Below are positions 55,939 through 63,635 of a DNA stretch of 64,000 nucleotides, in pieces. The notes under the pieces were generated by a model, which was not told where the DNA came from, did no database searches, and was given only the letters and a program-made list of their open reading frames with translations. Source of the DNA: Dehalococcoidia bacterium (GTDB lineage: Bacteria; Chloroflexota; Dehalococcoidia; Lucifugimonadales; UBA3495); assembly GCA_965249065.1 (NCBI GenBank), contig CBDFLG010000001.1:1286646-1350645 (forward strand), written 5' to 3'. The number at the start of each line of letters is the position of its first letter. Position 1 is the first letter of the stretch. The translations under genes and the position numbers were made by a program.

Positions 55939-56045
55939 GTGGGCGCAAAGCCGGTTCCATCTCCCCGAAGGAGATGGTTAGGGTGAGGGCGTTTTCTTAA
56001 CAACTGAAATCCGCACAACTGAAATCCGCGAACCAGGAGACCGCA

Positions 56046-56417
56046 ATGCCGGAATGCAGAGTTATCCACTCCGACGGCCTGGAGGTCGAAATTCAGTCCG
56101 GCGCCATGACCCGGTTGGCCGGCGTGTCCGAGGGGCTGACCGGCTCAACCGGCATCCACCTAGCCATCGCCACCATCCCGCCGCACTGCGGCTCCAGCCC
56201 TCATTACCACGTCAACTGCGAATCGGCCATCTACGTGGTCAAGGGCCACGGACGCTTCATCGTAGGCGACAAGCTGGACCAGCCGCTTCCCATCGGCCCA
56301 GGGGACTTTATCTATGTCCCCGCCGAAGCCGTCCACCAGCCGGTCAACGACAGCGACGAGGTTATGGAGATAATCGTCGCCCGCAATACGCCGGTGGAGA
56401 TAGTGGTGGAGGTATAG
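56046..56417 (+). CDS. cupin domain protein
   Basis: ...PPHCGSSPHYHVNCESAIYVVKGHG...GDFIYVPAEAVHQPVN. Confidence 0.75.
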   Translation: MPECRVIHSDGLEVEIQSGAMTRLAGVSEGLTGSTGIHLAIATIPPHCGSSPHYHVNCESAIYVVKGHGRFIVGDKLDQPLPIGPGDFIYVPAEAVHQPVNDSDEVMEIIVARNTPVEIVVEV

Positions 56418-56421
56418 CGCA

Positions 56422-56808
56422 ATGGGAACGTTCAGTGTGCCGATTCAGGTGGCAAGCCTTGAAAGGTCCGGCTTTGCTGAAATCGAAGCCTTGGTGGACA
56501 CGGGCGCAGTCCACAGCTACATCCCGAGGGACATATTGTATAGCGTAAACGCGCAACCCACCGAGATGCGCGAATTCGTCTATGCAGACGAGCGGGTAGA
56601 GGAAATCCCTTTCGGGTACATACGCTTTGTGGTTGAGGGGTTGGAAATCGTGGCGCCTGTGATTTTCGCCGACGAAGGAATGGCGCCATTATTGGGAGCT
56701 ACCACTCTGGAAGCGGGTCACTTTGTCGTAGACCCTATCCACAATCGCCTAACTCCCATTATACCGCCTGGGAGATCCGGCAACGGACGGCCAATTGTGC
56801 GTCGCTGA
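56422..56808 (+). CDS. retropepsin-like (clan AA) aspartic protease
   Basis: ALVDTGAVHSYIP contains the D-T-G active-site motif. Size is about 128 aa. Confidence 0.65.
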   Translation: MGTFSVPIQVASLERSGFAEIEALVDTGAVHSYIPRDILYSVNAQPTEMREFVYADERVEEIPFGYIRFVVEGLEIVAPVIFADEGMAPLLGATTLEAGHFVVDPIHNRLTPIIPPGRSGNGRPIVRR

Positions 56809-56927
56809 CTTGACTCTGAGACAAAGCGTTTGTTGAGCGGCAATCGCGCATCAACTATACTAAGCGGCGCTCGGCGGGACGGGCTTGCCGGGACGTTCAG
56901 CGCAATAAACACCGGAGAGGCGAAAAC

Positions 56928-58064
56928 ATGGACTTGGGCCTTACCGAAATCCAGCAGATGCTTAAGAACAGCGTGCAGGAGTTCCTCGCGCGGGAATGTC
57001 CCACCACGCTGGTGCGGGAAATGGAGGAAGACGAGCGCGGCTATCCCGATGAACTCTGGCGGCAGATAGCCGGGTTGGGTTGGGCCGGTGTGCCGTTCCC
57101 GGAGCAGTACGGCGGCACCGGCGGCGATTTCCTCGACTTGGCAGTGTTGCTGGAAGAGATGGGGCGCGTCCTTGCTCCCAGCCCATATTTCTCCACCGTC
57201 GTACTGGGTGGGCTGACCGTGCTGGACGCTGGCAGCGACGCGCAGAAGAATGACCTGCTCAGCCGCGTCTGCGACGGCAGCGGGCTTATGACCCTAGCGG
57301 TCACCGAGGCCTCGGCCAGCTACGATGCCTGGGGGGTGGAAACCACCGCCACCGCCGACGGCACCGGCTATGCGCTGCACGGCACCAAACTGTTCGTGCC
57401 TGACGCCCACGTCGCCGACGTGATTATCGTGGCTGCCCGGACTGCCCAGGGAGGCGACCCTGCGGCGGGCATTACCTTGTTTCTGGTTCCGGCCAGGATG
57501 GAGGGATTGGAAATTTCGCCAATCCGCACCATCGGCTCCGAACGGCAGTTCGAGGTGTCGCTGAACAACGTTCGGCTGCCTGCCAGCATGATCCTGGGTG
57601 AAGTGAACGGCGGATGGCCGATAGCGGAGCGGGCCCTCCATCGGGCCATAGCCGGCCACTGTGTGACCATGCTGGGCGGCGCCTCCGCCGTGTTGGATAT
57701 GACCGTCGAGTATGTCAAGCAGCGGACACAGTTTGGGCGTCCCGTGGGCAGCTTCCAGGCGGTCCAGCATCACTGCGCCCAGATGGCCACCGACGTCGAG
57801 GGCTGCCGGGGCGTGGCCTACCAAGCGGCGTGGCGGCTGGCCCAGGAAATGCCGGCCCAGCGAGAAGTGTCGATTGCCAAGGCCTGGATTAGCCAGGCCT
57901 ACCGCCGCGTCTGCGCCACCGCTCACCAGTGCCACGGCGCCATCGGCTTCACCAAAGAGCACGACTTGCAGCTTTACACCCGCCGGGCCAAAGTCCAGGA
58001 AATCGGCTACGGCGACGCCAACTATCACAAGGAACTGGCCCTGGCCAGCATCGACAACGAGTAA
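56928..58064 (+). CDS. acyl-CoA dehydrogenase
   Basis: FPEQYGGTGGDFLD, ...TEASASYD..., QFGRPVGSFQAVQHHCA and GAIGFTKEHDLQLYTRR. Confidence 0.9.
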   Translation: MDLGLTEIQQMLKNSVQEFLARECPTTLVREMEEDERGYPDELWRQIAGLGWAGVPFPEQYGGTGGDFLDLAVLLEEMGRVLAPSPYFSTVVLGGLTVLDAGSDAQKNDLLSRVCDGSGLMTLAVTEASASYDAWGVETTATADGTGYALHGTKLFVPDAHVADVIIVAARTAQGGDPAAGITLFLVPARMEGLEISPIRTIGSERQFEVSLNNVRLPASMILGEVNGGWPIAERALHRAIAGHCVTMLGGASAVLDMTVEYVKQRTQFGRPVGSFQAVQHHCAQMATDVEGCRGVAYQAAWRLAQEMPAQREVSIAKAWISQAYRRVCATAHQCHGAIGFTKEHDLQLYTRRAKVQEIGYGDANYHKELALASIDNE

Positions 58065-58091
58065 CAAGGCGTTACGAGGGCAAAAGGGGTG

Positions 58092-58553
58092 ATGACAGCT
58101 TCAGCTTCCAACAAATACGCCGCCGCCAGCCGCTGCTTTATTGATCAAGCAAAAGCGGAACTGCAAATTGAAGATTTTGTTCAGGCGTCGGAAAAGGCTT
58201 GGGGCGCGGCGGCTTGCGCCCTCAAAGCGGTGGCCGAGCAGAGGGAATGGAACCATCGCAAGCACTCGCTGCTCTACGATGTGTCCGGGCAAATCGCCGA
58301 CGAATTGGCCCAACCGAGCCTGCTGGAAAGGTTCGGTGTAGCCAACGCTCTACACCAGAACTACTATGAAGACTGGATACCTGAAGAGGTCGTAGCGAAC
58401 TACATCGAGAGTATCGAGGCGCTGGTAAGTGAACTGGAGGACGTTCGCCGGAACCCGACGCCACCCTTCACCATTGAGACGCGCGCCCAACGAAGGCGGC
58501 TGGACAGGCTGACCGCCAAGAGTGAACCAACGGTTGATATTCCATCAGAATAA
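58092..58553 (+). CDS. small helical HEPN/PaREP1-like protein, tandem copy 1
   Basis: MTASASNKYAAASRCFIDQAKAELQIEDFVQASEKAWGAAACALKAVAEQREWNHRKHSLLYDV...ALHQNYYEDW... AAAAGGGG lies before the ATG. Confidence 0.7.
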   Translation: MTASASNKYAAASRCFIDQAKAELQIEDFVQASEKAWGAAACALKAVAEQREWNHRKHSLLYDVSGQIADELAQPSLLERFGVANALHQNYYEDWIPEEVVANYIESIEALVSELEDVRRNPTPPFTIETRAQRRRLDRLTAKSEPTVDIPSE

Positions 58554-58647
58554 GGAATGTGGGACTGCCAATGACCACTACTACGCAATGTATTTTCTGC
58601 TCCATCAGCGGCGGGTAGCACGGCATAATGAGGGGTGTAAACGAACG

Positions 58648-59109
58648 ATGACAGCTTCAGATTCCAACAAATACGCCGCCGCCAGTCGCCGCTTTATAGG
58701 GCAGGCCAAAGACGAACTGGAGATTGGCGATTTAATTCAGGCGTCGGATAAGGCTTGGGGGGCGGCGGCTACTGCCCTTAAAGCGGTGGCCGAGCAGCGG
58801 GAATGGAACCACCGGAAGCATTCCCTGCTCTACGATGTCTCCGGGCAAATCGCCGATGAACTGGCCCGCCCCGGCCTACGGGAACGGTTCGGGCTGGCCA
58901 ATGCCCTGCATCAGAACTTCTATGAAAACTGGATGCCGGATAGCGAAGTAGAGAGCGCCATCGGCAGCATAGAGGCGCTGGTAAGTGAACTGGAGGACGT
59001 TCGCCGGAACCCGGCGACACCCTTCACCATCGAGACGCGCGCCCAACGAAGGCGGCTGGACAGGCTGACCGCCAAGAGTGAACCAACGGTTGATATTCCA
59101 TCAGAATAA
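58648..59109 (+). CDS. small helical HEPN/PaREP1-like protein, tandem copy 2
   Basis: MTASDSNKYAAASRRFIGQAKDELEIGDLIQASDKAWGAAATALKAVAEQREWNHRKHS...LHQNFYENW... The track's longer ORF (58522) reads through the upstream unit. Confidence 0.7.
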   Translation: MTASDSNKYAAASRRFIGQAKDELEIGDLIQASDKAWGAAATALKAVAEQREWNHRKHSLLYDVSGQIADELARPGLRERFGLANALHQNFYENWMPDSEVESAIGSIEALVSELEDVRRNPATPFTIETRAQRRRLDRLTAKSEPTVDIPSE

Positions 59110-59217
59110 GGAATGTGGGACTGCCAATGACCACTGCCACGCAATGTATTTTCTGCAGCGAGTGACCTTGCAACAGTAGGGATAAGGGAACAGGAGCGAG
59201 GGAGACTGACGGCGCCA

Positions 59218-59676
59218 ATGACAACCCCCAACAACAAATACGCCGCTCTCAGTCGGCTCTATATGGAGCGGGCCGAAGGCTACCTACGACAGGAGGACTT
59301 CCTGCAAGCCTCGGAAAAGTCTTGGGGGGCGGCGGCCTGCGCCCTTAAATCCATCGCCCAGCAGCGGGGCTGGGGCCACCAGTCCCACTCCCTGCTCTAC
59401 GACGTTTCCGGTCAAATTGCCGATGAGCAGGGCCGCCCGGAACTGCGGAATCTATTCGCTGTCGCCAAATCCATGCACCAGAATTTCTACGAAAACTGGA
59501 TGCCGGAAGATGAAGTGGCGCATGGCGTTGGCCGAGTTAAGGCATATCTGACCGAACTGGAATCCATGAGCGCCCAACCGGCGACACCCTTCACCATCGA
59601 GACGCGCGCCCAACGAAGGCGGCTGGACAGGCTGACCGCCAAGAGTGAACCAATGGTTGATATTCCATCAGAATAA
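59218..59676 (+). CDS. small helical HEPN/PaREP1-like protein, tandem copy 3 (most divergent)
   Basis: MTTPNNKYAALSRLYMERAEGYLRQEDFLQASEKSWGAAACALKSIAQQRGWGHQSHS...MHQNFYENW... Confidence 0.7.
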   Translation: MTTPNNKYAALSRLYMERAEGYLRQEDFLQASEKSWGAAACALKSIAQQRGWGHQSHSLLYDVSGQIADEQGRPELRNLFAVAKSMHQNFYENWMPEDEVAHGVGRVKAYLTELESMSAQPATPFTIETRAQRRRLDRLTAKSEPMVDIPSE

Positions 59677-59693
59677 GGAATGTGGGACTGCCA

Positions 59694-60044
59694 ATGACCA
59701 CTACTACGCAATGTATTTTCTGCTCCATTGCCCGCGACTCGGCCCACCCGGAAGCGATTTATCGCGATGACCGCTGTTTCGTGGTCAAGGACATCAACCC
59801 CAAAGCGCCGGTGCATCTGCTGGTCATTCCCAATATGCACATCGCGTCGCTGGCCTACGTCGGCCCGGGCCAGGTTCCCATCATGGGGCACCTGTTCGTT
59901 GTGGCCGAGGAGATGGCCCGCCGCGAGAACGTTACCCTCAGCGGCTACCGCTTGGTGCTGAACCAGGGGACGGATGCCGGCCAGCAGATTGTCCACCCCC
60001 ACATTCACCTGCTGGGCGGGCGGCAGCTTGGGGAGATGGGATGA
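59694..60044 (+). CDS. HIT-family (HinT-like) nucleotide hydrolase/transferase
   Basis: CIFCSI, PKAPVHLLVIPN and the histidine triad VHPHIHLLGG. Confidence 0.85.
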   Translation: MTTTTQCIFCSIARDSAHPEAIYRDDRCFVVKDINPKAPVHLLVIPNMHIASLAYVGPGQVPIMGHLFVVAEEMARRENVTLSGYRLVLNQGTDAGQQIVHPHIHLLGGRQLGEMG

Positions 60045-60634
60045 CGGCCAGCCCCACCTGCCAAATTGCCAACGTTAGATTCCGGGAGCGCTTTGAATCG
60101 CTGCCTGACAAGCTGCAAGCCCACGTATTCCGGGCGCGCGACGTGGGGCTGGAACTGGCGTCGCGGCACGGCATAGATGAGGGGCGCGCGGAACTGGCGG
60201 TTTTGGCCCACGACGTTGCCCGCGCTGCGAATAAGCCGGAAATGCTGCGGCTGGCCGACCAGTTCGGGCTGCCCACGCTGGACATTGAGCGGCGCGCGCC
60301 CATCCTGCTGCACGGGCCGGTGGGCGCGGAACTGCTGCGCCGCGAGGACGGGCTGGACGACCTTGAGATTCTGGAGGCGGTGCGCTGGCACTCCACCGGA
60401 CACCCGGACCTGACCCCGCTGGGCCTGCTGGTGTTCATCGCCGACAAGCTCGACCCGCGCAAGGTCAAGTCCTATCCCTACCAGCCGGAACTGCGGGACA
60501 TCGCCAACGAAAGCCTGCGTCAAGCCGTGCTGGAATTCCTATGCCGCGAGTCGGCCCGCCGCCTGGAGCGCCGCGAGCCAGTGCACCCGGCCAGCATAGC
60601 AACTATCAACGCGCTGCTGACAGCCGACGTCTAG
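60041..60634 (+). CDS. yqeK: HD-domain protein YqeK (bis(5'-nucleosyl)-tetraphosphatase type)
   Basis: LAHDVARA, LLHGPVGAELLRRE.GLDDLEILEAVRWHSTG and VFIADKLDPRK align by eye to B. subtilis YqeK. The ATG overlaps the HIT stop (ATGA). Confidence 0.7.
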   Translation: MTASPTCQIANVRFRERFESLPDKLQAHVFRARDVGLELASRHGIDEGRAELAVLAHDVARAANKPEMLRLADQFGLPTLDIERRAPILLHGPVGAELLRREDGLDDLEILEAVRWHSTGHPDLTPLGLLVFIADKLDPRKVKSYPYQPELRDIANESLRQAVLEFLCRESARRLERREPVHPASIATINALLTADV

Positions 60635-60817
60635 GCTTCGTCCCCTTCGCTGCTTTCGTTTCCGATTGGTAGGACAGTCCCCAGTTGCTCCAAGGATCAC
60701 GCCGATACCAGAAATGATAATAACGCCCACCCCACCCATGGCGTCCTCCCCATCGGCTCGTTCTGTCTGGCTTGATTTCGTCGGGTAGCCCTTCCACAGC
60801 CAATTGGCCTACCTTTC

Positions 60818-62119
60818 TTAGGAAGTGGGTGACTTGGCAGCTTTCGCGGCAATTTTGGGCTTGGGCTTGTCCGCCTCCCGGTATCGCTTGTAGCTGGCAA
60901 AGTTCGTGCCGCCTAGCTTCAGCAGCCGCTTCTCCTCGCTTTCAGGTACGCCGGCCTTCTCCAGCGCCTTGAACAATCGCGTTTCCGCCGCTTCCCAGCC
61001 CTTACGCGCCCGCATCGCCTCCGATAGCTTTCCTGCCGTCGCCTCCAATTCCGCCACCGACTTCAAGACCACAGGCTTGCCGCTTTTAGGCTTGGCTGGT
61101 TCCGCTGGCTTGTACGCCGCTTTTGCTTGCCGGTACTCCGCTTGGGAGGTGGTTGCTATCTTCAATAGCCGTTTCCATTCCGATTCAGGCAGGCCCGCCT
61201 TGACCAGCATATTCAAGAACTTATTCTGCGCTCCGTCTACCACTCGATTCGAACGACCATCAATCAACGCAGACGTTACCTTCTCCGCAGCCGCTTCCAG
61301 TTCAGCCGCCGACTTCAAATCAGCGGGCTTGTCTTGCTTGTCGCTTTCCGGTTTGGCTTGCTTCCCGACGGTTTGTAGGAAGTGGGTGACTTCGTCGTCT
61401 TTGTTTCGGTCGTATGCCTTTTGAAGGTTGTCGGCAAAGCTATTGCTCCTCCTCCTTATATCTGATTGTTGACTCTGGCCGACGCCAACCAGATAGTCGT
61501 CTATCCCAGGCACCGGGATAATGGTTGACGCCTGTACGTAAAGGGAATCAGTTTGGGCGTCGCGGTACGGAGTTAATTTGATGCAAGTGATGAGGTTTTT
61601 GCCGGTAACTTTCTGGTTGAGCCACAGGGCTGCAGAGGTGACTTCCGGGGCGAATCGGTGGCTGGCCAGGATGATGCGCTGGTCGTTGTTCAGCGCGGTT
61701 AGGCCGTCGGCGTTCAAGTGTTTTAGCAGCCGGGTCCGGGCTTCTTCCTCGGATTCAGTCCAGTATTTCGCCGCTATTCCAACGATTGCATCGGCAGAAG
61801 TCCCCTGAAAATAGCTGGCGTATTTTATGGCCTGCCAGTGGGCGTCTGCGCCGGTGTAGTCCCGCTTCAGTTCGATAACTACCAGCTTGCCGTCCGAATC
61901 AACAGCCAGCAGGTCAAGCCTTTCGTTGGTGCGGTCGAAGCCGCTGAATTCTTTGCTGATTATCAGCAGGTCGTCGCCGAGGATGCCAGAGTTGGCTTCT
62001 ACCCACTCCTGGATGTCCTGCCGCTCGCGCAGTCCCAATCGGGCGAAGTCAACTTCTTCAATCCGGTTGGACTCCCGAGTATTGGGGTCAACCCTGAACA
62101 ACTGCGATTCACCGCTCAT
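60818..62119 (-). CDS. NucS/DUF91-like PD-(D/E)XK nuclease domain fused to two Lys/Ala/Glu-rich C-terminal repeats
   Basis: AGGAG lies before ATG 62119. LGLRERQDIQEWVEANSGILGDDLLIISKEFSGFDRTNERLDLLAVDSDGKLVVIELKRD. The C-terminal module KP..LKS.AELEA.A.K...AG.PESE.KRLLK occurs twice. Lower GC than the flanks. Confidence 0.65.
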   Translation of the reverse strand: MSGESQLFRVDPNTRESNRIEEVDFARLGLRERQDIQEWVEANSGILGDDLLIISKEFSGFDRTNERLDLLAVDSDGKLVVIELKRDYTGADAHWQAIKYASYFQGTSADAIVGIAAKYWTESEEEARTRLLKHLNADGLTALNNDQRIILASHRFAPEVTSAALWLNQKVTGKNLITCIKLTPYRDAQTDSLYVQASTIIPVPGIDDYLVGVGQSQQSDIRRRSNSFADNLQKAYDRNKDDEVTHFLQTVGKQAKPESDKQDKPADLKSAAELEAAAEKVTSALIDGRSNRVVDGAQNKFLNMLVKAGLPESEWKRLLKIATTSQAEYRQAKAAYKPAEPAKPKSGKPVVLKSVAELEATAGKLSEAMRARKGWEAAETRLFKALEKAGVPESEEKRLLKLGGTNFASYKRYREADKPKPKIAAKAAKSPTS

Positions 62120-62264
62120 GCCGTCTCCTGCCAGGTGGCAGCATTGTCGTTGATGCGCCGCTCTGGATACCAAAGCTCAGACAGTCTACAATGGGGTCTA
62201 GCAAGTTTCAACGAAAATCACCCGGACGCGGCTGGCAACGAGCCGCGGCTGTTAGGTCAACATT

Positions 62265-62606
62265 ATGGAAATCGTACTGAGCCAGCGGGCGGCGGACCAC
62301 ATCCTTGGCAAGGGGGGACGGGCGGCGGTTGACCTGCTGCAGCACTCCTCTTGAGCCGGGTGCGCCGTTGAGGTATCGGTCGATACCAGGGTGCACCGGC
62401 GGGATACTTCCGCCTACGAGACTCACCGGCTGAACGGCGTCGAAGTGCTGACGCTTCCCGAGCTGTCCCGGCATGTGGTCAGCATGCAAATCGACCTGCG
62501 AACCTTCCTGTTCTTCCGAAACCTGCGGGCGGTGGTGGAACTGGACAACGGCATGGTTATCGGCAAGTCGCCCTATGGGATGCAGCAGGTGGAAATGGAG
62601 GGATAG
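62265..62606 (+). CDS. candidate selenoprotein (113 codons, in-frame TGA at 62352..62354)
   Basis: ATG 62265 plus 29 sense codons, then TGA, then 12 sense codons running in frame into the listed ORF 62391..62606. Product: MEIVLSQRAADHILGKGGRAAVDLLQHSS-U-AGCAVEVSVDTRVHRRDTSAYETHRLNGVEVL... A SECIS-like fold lies directly downstream of the TGA. Confidence 0.55.
62355..62400 (+). promoter_or_regulatory. SECIS-like stem-loop immediately 3' of the in-frame UGA
   Basis: Lower stem GCCGGGUGC / GCACCGGC with one bulge. Apical stem GGUAUC / GAUACC (62372..62387) closes a GGUC loop that starts 23 nt after the UGA. Confidence 0.5.
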
Positions 62607-62683
62607 ACTACGGCCGCTTTGCCTCGGCATTCTCCCTGCACCCTAACCCTCTCCCGCTGGGAGAGGGAATTCTTTGCCTCCGG

Positions 62684-62709
62684 CCCTCTCCCGGCGGGAG
62701 AGGGTTTTT
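62684..62709 (+). terminator. intrinsic terminator (CCCTCTCCC-GGC-GGGAGAGGG plus TTTTT)
   Basis: 9-bp GC-rich stem followed by T5, 78 nt after the stop at 62606. A second copy of the same hairpin without a T-run lies at 62647..62667. Confidence 0.6.
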
Positions 62710-62715
62710 CTCGTG

Positions 62716-63495
62716 TTACCGCGCCTGGTATTCCGGCGGGCGCTTCTCGACGAACGACTGGCTGGCTTCCTTGAAGTCCTCGCTGAGGTGGAGTTTCAGG
62801 GGCAGGGTCTGCATGTCGGCATCGGCGCCGGCCTGCACCCACTGCCGCCGGGTCAGCTTGACGCCCACTCGCGCCGACAGCGGCGGGGTCTTCAGCACCT
62901 TTTCGGCCAGCGCTTCGGCGGCGGTGAGGTGGAAGCCGTTGGGCACCAGCCGGTTGATCAGCCCCAGGCGGTACAGCTCCGCCGCCTCCACCGGCTCGCC
63001 GGTGATGACCATCTCGCTGGCGATTTTCGAGGGCATAAAGGCGTTGACCTTGGCCCAGATTCTGCCGCCGGCCAAGCCCCGCCGGGTTTCGGTGATGCCA
63101 AACTTGGCGTCTTCGGAGGCGACAATCATGTCGCACTCGGCGGCGATGACGATGCCGGCCCCCAGCGCGTAGCCGTGAACGGCGGCGATGACCGGCTTCC
63201 AGTTGATGGTTCGGCCCAAATAGCCCTCCGGGCTGGGGCCGCGCTCGCGGCGGGCGCTTTCCTGCGGCGTCATGGCAACGAAACGCTGCTTGATGTCGGC
63301 CCCGGCGCAGAAGGCCCGCCCCGCCCCGTGGATGATGCCGACCCATGCCTCCTCATCCGTGTCGAACTCCAGAAGCGCTTCATGCAGGTCCTGCTCGAAC
63401 TGGCTGTTGACCGCGTTCAGCGATTGCGGGCGGTTGAACATAATGTAGGCAATCCTGCCCTTGCGCTCATAGGTCATGGTCTCGTACTCGGTCAT
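62716..63495 (-). CDS. enoyl-CoA hydratase/isomerase (crotonase) family protein
   Basis: IAYIMFNRPQSLNAVN, IIHGAGRAFCAGADIK and AAVHGYALGAGIVIAAECDMIVA. Confidence 0.9.
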   Translation of the reverse strand: MTEYETMTYERKGRIAYIMFNRPQSLNAVNSQFEQDLHEALLEFDTDEEAWVGIIHGAGRAFCAGADIKQRFVAMTPQESARRERGPSPEGYLGRTINWKPVIAAVHGYALGAGIVIAAECDMIVASEDAKFGITETRRGLAGGRIWAKVNAFMPSKIASEMVITGEPVEAAELYRLGLINRLVPNGFHLTAAEALAEKVLKTPPLSARVGVKLTRRQWVQAGADADMQTLPLKLHLSEDFKEASQSFVEKRPPEYQAR

Positions 63496-63567
63496 AGCGC
63501 CTCCAGGAATCTGAAATGTTGAGATTGGCCTAAACTAGAACATTTTATCAAACTGCTCTCAAAAGCG

Positions 63568-63597
63568 TTGACAACCCCTGTACTTATGTTCTAAATT
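63568..63597 (+). promoter_or_regulatory. sigma70-type promoter overlapped by TAGAACA repeats
   Basis: TTGACA (63568..63573), 17-18 nt, then CTAAAT/TAAATT. TAGAACAT lies at 63536, its inverse ATGTTCTA at 63586, and TAGAACA at 63611. Confidence 0.5.
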
Positions 63598-63635
63598 AAG
63601 TGAGCATTATTAGAACAACTGTTTGAGAGGAAATT

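Noticed and set aside
62208-62630. 140-codon minus-strand ORF overlapping the candidate selenoprotein gene
   Set aside because: Its composition (Arg/Pro/His/Gln-rich) looks like an antisense shadow. The plus-strand reading has a family-like pattern, a UGA plus hairpin, and its own terminator.
63536-63617. TAGAACA / ATGTTCTA boxes considered as a LexA (SOS) operator
   Set aside because: The spacing between half-sites (17 and 42 nt) does not fit the GAAC-N4-GTTC Gram-positive-type SOS box. They are kept only as a generic operator candidate.
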